Shown: positions 55,737 through 64,000 of the stretch, in pieces
Numbering within the stretch: position 1 is the first letter of the stretch
Layout of the letters: each line of letters starts with the position of its first letter
Origin: Eledone cirrhosa
Taxonomy: Eukaryota
NCBI GenBank assembly: GCA_964016885.1
Contig: OZ024749.1
Span: forward strand, 20,832,001-20,896,000
Length of the DNA stretch: 64,000 bases
Direction of reading: 5' to 3'
Position numbers and translations under genes: made by a program
The notes under the pieces: model-generated
Told to the model about the DNA's origin: nothing
The model's input: the letters and a program-made list of their open reading frames with translations, nothing else
Databases searched by the model: none

Positions 55737-55834
55737 CTGCTGGCCTTCCTTCGGCATTTGTACCACTGTGTGTTTCGAGGGAGCCACCCTGATCTGTTTG
55801 CCGTACAAGGTCAGCTTATCCAGGTAAGTTTTGG
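55737..55834 (-). CDS. PTBP1: PTB exon (RRM3): AKTYLDKLTLYGKQIRVAPSKHTVVQMPKEGQQ
   Basis: 98 nt, cag/GTAGC, phases 1-0. Confidence 0.95.
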
Positions 55835-56414
55835 CTGGAAAACAGAGAAAGAGATCATCAGTGTGTGTTATCAGGAAGAATTTAGTTGGTGTGGTTTTTA
55901 CAAAGAAAAAAAACATAGATATAGAATCGTCAATCAATAATACGAGCATGATCACTTTACATCCTCTTTCCACACCAGTATGGGTCAGGCGGATTATCAT
56001 GGTCAGAAACCAGAAAGATCAGAGCAACCCGATCTTGCTCCTATGTTCCATTTAGTTTTCTAGAGTAAGATGCCCTTCCTAATACTTGCCACACCACAAT
56101 GGAGGACTAATGATCATGATGTTGTGGGTTCATTCTTGGTTGGCTTGTGTGTTGTGTTCTTAAGCAAAACACTTCATTTCACATTGCTCCAGTATACTCA
56201 CCTGAAAATGAGTACCAGCAAAAGCTGGGGTTTACCCTGTGATGGACTGGCATCCTGTCCATGGGGTAATCTTGAGTTCTAAATCATTTAATGCCACAGA
56301 AACCAGGATAAATACTGTTTGGATGAGGCTCTGGGCTCGAGACAGGCTTTAGACTTTTTTTAGAGCAACAGTAATAGAAGAGATAGAGAAAGAAAAAGAA
56401 AAAAAAAAGCATAC

Positions 56415-56507
56415 CTAGTTGAGCATGGTGAGGCTCGGCCATTTGTACCAGTGCGTTGTCCTTCTTGTTGAAAAGGATTTTCACGCGTTGCACATCACCG
56501 TACACAC
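56415..56507 (-). CDS. PTBP1: PTB exon (RRM3): [31 protein letters not shown]
   Basis: 93 nt, cag/GTATG, phases 1-1. Near identical to the PTB RRM3 motif [16 protein letters not shown]. Confidence 0.97.
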
Positions 56508-57399
56508 CTGAAAAAACAAAAACAACCAGATGTACCAAGACTGGAGTTAAATAACAAACACACTTACTTCAGATTGGTCTGTAAGGTGTGACTTTTTAGT
56601 ACTACTACTAAATATACCTGCCAACCTGTCTATCACAGCAGATATAAATAACTTTAAACCTTTATATATCCAATATTGCACCTGAATCTACAATACAAAG
56701 CTAGATATCTTGAAGTGTTAAAAAACTAACCACAATATTACTAAATCATGATTTTTTTCCTCTCCAAAATTATTTGAAAACCATAGGCAGTGTCTTTCAT
56801 TAGAAATTTGCCTATATTTGTGCTAGATTAGGCTTTTAGTACAATACCACAGCCAGGATATCTGCCACTAGTTTATCACAGTAGATACCAACAGTGTAAC
56901 CCTTTTGATAAACTGCTCACGGTTCTACAATACAAAGCTGTTTATTTTAAAATGTATATATACATCTAAAAAAATCTCTTTATAATTTATGTTTAAGAAC
57001 CCGAGAAACTTATTACCACCCACTAAAATAATAAGCAGTGTCTTTCAGTAGAAACATGGCAATGGTAAAATTAACTAACACACATTCTGTACTACTAAGA
57101 TCAGTCTTGGCTTTTTAGCACTATACTAACTATGTATTTTCTAACAAGTCTCAACTAACAGTAACCAACATTAACATACACAATGCACTAAAAATCATCT
57201 ACATCGACTTATAAAAAGTCAAACCATTATCATGTAAGTGGGGGAAGGAAATTAAAGATAACCGTTGCAGATGAAGGAAAATTGGTTTGGTACCAACAAG
57301 GGCCAAATTATCTTTTAGAGTGCATGTGTTATAATCATTGTTGTGGCATGCTAGTGTGTGTTTGGTTTATATAAATGTGACGCTGGCTGGTAAATTAAG

Positions 57400-57550
57400 A
57401 AAGTTTTATAAGCTAATATATCTGCTCTGTAAATTAATACACCTGGATTATAAATTAATAGTTGGTAAACTAACACAACATCTGGCCTGTAAATTAATAC
57501 AACATCTGCTTTGTAAATTAATACATCTGGTTTGCAAATTAATGTATCTG
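57400..57550. repeat. Short diverged tandem repeat (about 22-bp unit)
   Basis: tgtaaattaatac(a)acatctg repeated. Confidence 0.75.
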
Positions 57551-58583
57551 CTATGAGGTCTATGGAGAATATGAAGATGGAAGGTGCCAGAAAATGTTTT
57601 AAGAAAATATCAATGCTGTGAAGAAGTTTAGCAAAGTGTTCAATGATTGGACTTAAATCTTTAGCTACTTTGATAGAAGACACGATGACCGAGGAGGAAG
57701 AGGACTTTGGAATCAGTGGTATAGCTGAAGAGTATATACCATCGTTGAGTGGAGTGGACTATTATCACATCAACAGCTCTAGAGAAGACCTGACTGAACC
57801 AAGTCACATGGCAAGGTACTACTCCACCACAACCATCATCACTTACCTGAGGTGAGGCATTTTTATTAAAGAAAATAAATAAATAAACAGGTGCTACTTC
57901 AGGAGTTAAAAAAAAACCCTCAGAGGGGTAAATTCTGTACATATAGCAAAACCCACACAGCCCTTGACAAAAGAAACCATCATACTTTAAATAAGAGCTC
58001 TTAGACTATCTTGGATGTTGGAAAAATATATATATATATATATATGTACATAAAAAAAAAAAAACTTTGCAAAACACCTCGCCTGGTGTCAGGAGCGAGA
58101 GAGAGAGCCAGACAGAGAGAAAGATGAAAGGGATGGGGTCAGGGATATGGGCCAGAAATAAATAAAAAATAGAAAGGAAAAGAAAAAAATAGCTAACAAT
58201 AAAAAAAAAAAAGATAAATAAATAGATAAAGCATGATGGAAGTCAGGATTGTTATTAAATTGTTCAGAGGAAGCTGAAGTAAAAGTGTGATTGATTCTTT
58301 GAGAAGGTTGCTTTTTGGTTAAGTTAGTTGTAGCACTACACAAACAGAAATATAAGAGTTGGACACAGCAGAAACTCAGTCAGGTAGTAGTATTAACAGC
58401 AGCAGTAGTAGTAGTAGCAGCAACATATCTTTGTTATAAAAGGATAGAAGAGAAAGAGCATTAAATAGAGTCAGCTGAACTTTTATATTTTCTAGAATTA
58501 ATAAAAAAAAAAAAAAAAAAAAGAAAACTTTATTTCGTGAAATGAAATCAAAAAGAAAGAAAGAGTGCTTTAAAAAAACATAC

Positions 58584-58617
58584 CAAAAAGGGTAAAGAGA
58601 ACATCGGGCGTGACCAT
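58584..58617 (-). CDS. PTBP1: PTB 34-nt exon: MVTPDVLFTLF(G), equivalent of mammalian PTBP1 exon 11
   Basis: ctag|ATGGTCACGCCCGATGTTCTCTTTACCCTTTTTG|gtatg. It is required to join the phase-0 upstream exon to the phase-1 downstream exon. Confidence 0.95.
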
Positions 58618-58619
58618 CT

Positions 58620-58725
58620 AGAGTCAGAGGAACAGGAGTATAGCAGAGCGGAAGATAGGGTGAAATCAGTGTCCAAGTGAGCGATAGATAGTCCATGGAG
58701 AACACCAGCGAAGTAAGTTGGGACG

Positions 58726-58756
<31 letters not shown>

Positions 58757-58858
58757 AGAGATAAAACAGGAACAAATCAGTGGTTGTGAATTTTTTTCGA
58801 AAAAGAAAAAGAAAAGAAAAAAACATGAGATTTATTTTTGTGGCAATGAAAGAAATGT
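58620..58858 (-). promoter_or_regulatory. AG-exclusion zone / extended pyrimidine tract upstream of the 34-nt exon
   Basis: No CT dinucleotide on plus (no AG on the transcript) between 58620 and 58858; rich in UCUU/CUCU. Confidence 0.8.
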
Positions 58859-60289
58859 CTTTTTTTTTTTTCTTTTTAATAAATAAAACTCTGAAAAAGT
58901 AGAGCAGCAAGTAATAATATCAACGGTAGCAGTAATACAGTATAGTATAGGTAGCAGTAGAAGGTAGGTTATTAGTTTGGTAGTGGGTGGTGAGGAACAT
59001 AGCTAGATAAGATAGTTTGGATAGCAAATAGAAGCAGTATCGTATCAGTAAAGGAGAGAGGAAAAAGATGGAGACCGAGAAGATGGTATAATTAATTAGT
59101 AACGGAAGATAGATTAATAACATGCTAATAAGGAAGCATGCATAACGAAGGAGAGAGGGGTGAGGTAGGGAAAATTTAATTTAAAAAAATATATATATAT
59201 ATATGGAGCAAAGAGATGGGTGTTTAAAGAGAACCAAAATATTATCTATATTGGAGCCTTGAAGTTGTGTGGATGAGAAATAGGATTGAGTAGGTAGATG
59301 GACTGAGACAGGCGATGTTGAGAAACAGGGTAAAGACACCACAGTAGTAGTAGTAGTAGTAGTAATAGTGTTTGTGTGGCTCCAGTAAATAATACAGACA
59401 CAAAGCCGATAAAGAATTGGTGCCAGAAAGGAACCAAAAGACAGGAAATTATTTGAAGACATTAAATTAACAACCAAAAGGAGTTGTTTCTCACGAGATA
59501 AACATCAGAGAAAATAATAATAATGATTATCAGAAATCCTGCCACAACCATCACCGTCACACCTCTGCCAATCTTGACCCAACAACAAGAATCACCATTA
59601 GATCTCCACATTTCATCAAGGTAAAGAAGAAGAGTCTTTTGGTTTCACAAAAGACAAGTATTTTTTTGTGGGGAGGGGGGAGACACTAGAGAGTATTCTA
59701 ATTCTAGCCAGCACTATATAAATAAAAACAAAAAAAAAACAACAACAACAAATAACAAACCAACCTTCATCCCACCATGGATGGGTCTTTAAGAGGCAGA
59801 AGAGCATAAAATAAAATAATGTGTAACAGAGATTGGAGGGAGATAGGAGGCGACAGAGGAGTTTTAAATTTTAAAAGGGGTCTTCAGAACGAAGACTTAT
59901 TTTTTTTGGAAAGAACCAACCTGGAGTAAAGATTTAAAAAAAATAAATAAATAAAAATGAAAACAAAATTCCAAAATTCCTGAAGGAGTTTTTCCTTGGC
60001 AGCAGTCATTGTGGTGTAGAAAGTTTGGCCGATCAAGATGATTGTAGAGAGTTTGGTCTGTCAGTGTGGTGGTACAGCAGCAGATTGAGGAGATGATGGA
60101 AGTAGATGAAGGAAGAGCAGATAGATCAGATGAGATAGACGGACAGACGGACGGACACCCTGTCAAATGTATGTAGAAGTGATAGATAATAGATATAGAT
60201 AGATAGACTTAACACCCCAGTCTTTCTGTCCAGATGTTTTTATGTGTATGTATATATATACATAAACACACATGTATTTATTATATATA

Positions 60290-60320
<31 letters not shown>

Positions 60321-60539
60321 GTATTTCTTATATATGTATATATACACACACACACACATTTACATATATATATACACACACATATATATTAATATACATA
60401 CATATCTGTATACATATATATATATATATGTGGATTTACTTTCCTTTTTCTTCTGCATAGTAAATTGTTGCTGGTAGGAAGTAGAGATATATATATGCGT
60501 GTGTGTGTGTGTGTATGTATATATATATATATATATATA

Positions 60540-60583
<44 letters not shown>

Positions 60584-60612
60584 CATATATTTTAGAATAA
60601 AAGGGCACATAC

Positions 60613-60731
60613 CTCTTCATCCAGATTGGAAACCAGGAGTACACAGTTACCAGCTTGAGATTGCAAGGGCATATTGAGCCGGGCTGCACCCATACCTGTA
60701 GCAGTCAAACCAAAGCCAGACATCGGTACAG
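60613..60731 (-). CDS. PTBP1: PTB exon (RRM2-3 linker end, RRM3 start): VPMSGFGLTATGMGAARLNMPLQSQAGNCVLLVSNLDEE
   Basis: 119 nt, cctatcag/GTATG. VLLVSNL is the RRM3 RNP2 motif. The 5' boundary is less certain than the 3' boundary. Confidence 0.9.
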
Positions 60732-62093
60732 CTGATAGGACAGAAAAACAACACAATTAATTTGACTACAATAGTCCCTGCTTCAGTTAGGAGCCCACAC
60801 CTTGCAAGTTTAGTACGCAGTCGACGTCCTAAACACATTTTCTGTTGCTGCAATTCCACGGCCTTTTTTGAAACCCTAATCCATTATTTATTAATTTATT
60901 AAGTTATCTCGTTTACAGTGAAAGATAATGAAGCAGGGAAATTCCTACCTATCATGATGTTTTTGCAAAAAGCTTTACAATTTACAATTCAATTTAATTT
61001 ATTTAAATTAGATATAACTTATTGATATATTAATTTTAGATTCAATAGACAAAACAAAAATATAAAAAAGGAAGACAACCACAACAACAATGATGACGAA
61101 CAAGGCAAGATCAGTATATAGAAGTGGGTTAGTGAGAGAGAGAGAGAGATTAAGAGAAGTATCATGCAAAAAATAAAAACTGGTTTAACTACCCCCACCC
61201 CCCAAAACAACACAGTCATGACACGACACTTGGTGTAGACAAGCCGGAAAATAGAGAGAAACTACAAAATATACCTCCCGCAACAAACTTTTCTTCTAGG
61301 AGTTGCAAATGGTAGATAGTATCAGCAATGGAAATGTTTCCTTAGACCATTCTGACAAGCCCCACCTAACTTGGTAAGCGAGTGATGTCTTGGATCAGGT
61401 CGATCTACTATTACTACTAAAAAAAAAAAAAAAAACCCTTTGATACCAACCGACCTGCCCAAAACTGCCTCAGGTCCTATGAGAAAAAAAAAAATCCTCT
61501 ATTTTAAAGGGCTCCTATTGCTGTACCATTACAAATACCAACAAAAATGAAATATATGAGTAGAATGTAGTCATCCGACTGTCATAGCCTTAGTATGGAA
61601 AATCGACAGCTATGATGATAATGATGAACTACATTAGACAAACTTCTGTTTTGCCAGAGTGATAGGGTGAAGGCCCATGGCTTACTCGTTAGAGAATTAG
61701 ATTCACAATTGTGAGGTTGGGAGTTTAGACCAAGCAATGTGTTATATCCTTGAGCAAGACACTTTATTATTTCAGATTGCTCTTTCTGACAGGGGCTGCA
61801 ACTGGTAGATAGTATCAGCAATAAAAAGACCAATGGAAACATTGTTTCCTTGGTCCACTTTGACGAGTTCCGCCACACACACAGCAAACGAATAAGGTCT
61901 GAGATCTTGTCGATGGGGGGAGGGGAGAAGAGATATCCTGAAGTTTTTCTCAAAGCAAACCCTACAAACGACAATGGATGTTAGACTGACCAATGAATTA
62001 AGAGAACTGGAAGAAACACCACAAGGTATTCCATCCTAACTGGCTATAACAATTACCAATGTGACAAGCAGATACTTTTTAGCACACAAGCAT

Positions 62094-62120
62094 TTACTAC
62101 ACGTTTCACTCATCAGGCAA
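62094..62120 (-). ncRNA. Hammerhead-like motif lacking stem II, intronic, sense to PTB
   Basis: Minus strand: ttgc CTGATGA gt GAAA cgtgt A gtaa. Confidence 0.4.
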
Positions 62121-63295
62121 CCATATGTGTGCGTCTATACCCGGGTCTTGAGCACTCTAGTTTGAAATTAACACGGGAGGCTGACATGTGCCACCTTAAT
62201 GCAAGGGAGATTCAGCGCAACAAAGCCAGCTGAAATAAAGTGCCTTGCCCAAGAATACAATGTACCATTAAGGATTGAACCCACATCCTTATGACCAGAA
62301 GCTGAACACCATAACCATCACAGCATGCTTTACCAAACAAAGCTTATTGGTATTGGTATTTCATCTAAAACAATTGCTCAACCAACTGAAATTAATACAA
62401 CCTCTACATGGTCACTTGACTTGTGAGAAATAGCAACCGAATTTCCCACAATTAACACTACCATTTTGAAAAAGGGTCAGACAACTCTAGTTATTGGTGA
62501 GAAAAAAGGGGAACTTGGTTGGAATGTCTTCATCATAAGATTGCCCATCATCTGAGAGAGAGAGACAGCAAAATTGGAGGTGCCCCAGCATGACTTCAGT
62601 CTGACAAACAAAAAACTGTAAGCAGGACAGGCTCCTTGAATCTAACCTTCCTTTACATGCAGAAAGAGCCCCCACCCAAACACACACCATTAGTAAAATT
62701 ATCATTGAAATGTGACCCCTTACAAAATTCACAAACATTCCTTTCTGTAACAGATTAGGGATAGACAGAACGAGAGTGTGTGAGAAAGAGAGCGCGTGTG
62801 TGTCAGAGAGAGAGAAGCATTTCCAGAGACAACAACAATCAGCCCATTCTTCAGTAATTGAAATGACAGTTCGTTAAGCGGATACGGAATTGACTTAATT
62901 AGATAAGGAGATAGATAGAGAGACTGGTCAGTTGAGATGATATAAAGGAAAAGAAAGACAAAGGCAGTACATCTAAAAGGTGTTTAGAAAGAGAATAATT
63001 GATGTAGCTGTTAGTAACAAGAACAGAAAGACTAGGAGATATTAAGTACATCAAAGACAGACAAAAGACTGAAGAGGGTTAATAACAACAACAACAGTAA
63101 TAATAACAGTAACAATAACAGTAATGGTCATATAGAAAACAAAAAGCTGAGCATGCAGAGATATTAATTGAGAAAAATCATTGAACAAGCATAATTAGAA
63201 AAAGAGAAAGAGAAAAAGGATAATAAATAATAAATAGTAGTAGTAGTAGTGGTAGTTGTAGTAGTCGGGGTAATAGAGTTGGAAGAGAGACTTAC

Positions 63296-63316
63296 CTGGC
63301 GGGCCCACTCCAGGAG
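63296..63316 (-). CDS. PTBP1: Candidate 21-nt microexon in the RRM2-RRM3 linker: (A)PGVGPP
   Basis: ttctcttgcttgtag|CTCCTGGAGTGGGCCCGCCAG|gtaagt. Phase 1-1 and frame-preserving, compatible with the next exon. A GC-rich island in AT-rich intron. Confidence 0.75.
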
Positions 63317-64000
63317 CTACAAGCAAGAGAAATGCAATAGAATCAGGCTAGAGCCTTGGAAAAAGAATTTGGTTTATTGAGAATGAAAAGACATGTCAAA
63401 GTTGAGAAACGGTAGGTGGGGGGGGGGGGGAGAGACAGATAGAAATAAGATAGGAGTGTTACCTGAAGAAGAATGTATTTAAGAAAGAATGAGACAGAGA
63501 CACCCTCCCTAGGTTTCTGTTTTTTTTTTCATTTTTTCTTCCTTTTTCTTCTTTTTTTTTTTTGCAAGACCAATATAGCATGCAAGATAGAAGAGACAAA
63601 AACCATGAAGGAAGACGAAGACGATCCAAGCAGAGGAGATAAGAATTCCAACAAACCCCCACTTGAAGTTAGAAGACAGAGAGACAGACAGAAGAATGAT
63701 ATGGTTAAAAAAAAAAAAAATAATTCAGAAAAAAAAAAAAGATGAAGAAGAAAACAGAAATTGTCGTTAATTCTTTAAAATTAAGACAAGAAAAAGAAAA
63801 AGAAGGATGTGGATTATTGAAAAACAGACATTGAGAAAGATTTAGCAAAACTTTATATCTCCACCACCACCATTTTTTCAAATGAATTAGCTTGATTGAA
63901 ACTGGTTTAAGTTTGTTTATCTAGCAGAGATATAGCCAGAAATAGTTTGTCAAATGAGCAAGCAAAGCTAAATCCATGCCATGAAGTACTTAAAACCAGG

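Noticed and set aside
57643-57855. 70-aa acidic plus-strand ORF antisense to PTB
   Set aside because: No recognisable domain or gene context; not called as CDS.

Overview
AT-rich, microsatellite- and SINE-dense animal genomic DNA. It is most likely a coleoid cephalopod such as Octopus, inferred from repeat style only. One real protein-coding gene is visible: the 3' half of a polypyrimidine tract-binding protein gene (PTBP1/hephaestus-like) on the minus strand. It has 8 well-supported coding exons (60731 down to the stop at 52241) encoding RRM3-RRM4, plus a candidate 21-nt microexon at 63296-63316; the 5' part lies beyond the window end. The gene keeps the 34-nt frame-shifting exon that mediates PTBP1 auto-regulation by NMD in mammals, preceded by an approximately 240-nt AG-free pyrimidine tract. 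Positions 1-42 kb are a transposon graveyard: a full-length but decayed pogo-family DNA transposon, a Tx1/L1-like LINE remnant, RTE, R4/Dong, CRE and Vingi-like fragments, MITEs and many tRNA-SINEs. Most notably, at least seven sequence-unrelated short elements each carry a minimal type I hammerhead ribozyme with a palindromic stem III, often in tail-to-tail or partial tandem repeats embedded in (TA)n (Penelope-like/retrozyme-like). Nearly all ORFs in the supplied track are microsatellite artefacts. All coordinates, folds and counts were read by eye; no database search was run.
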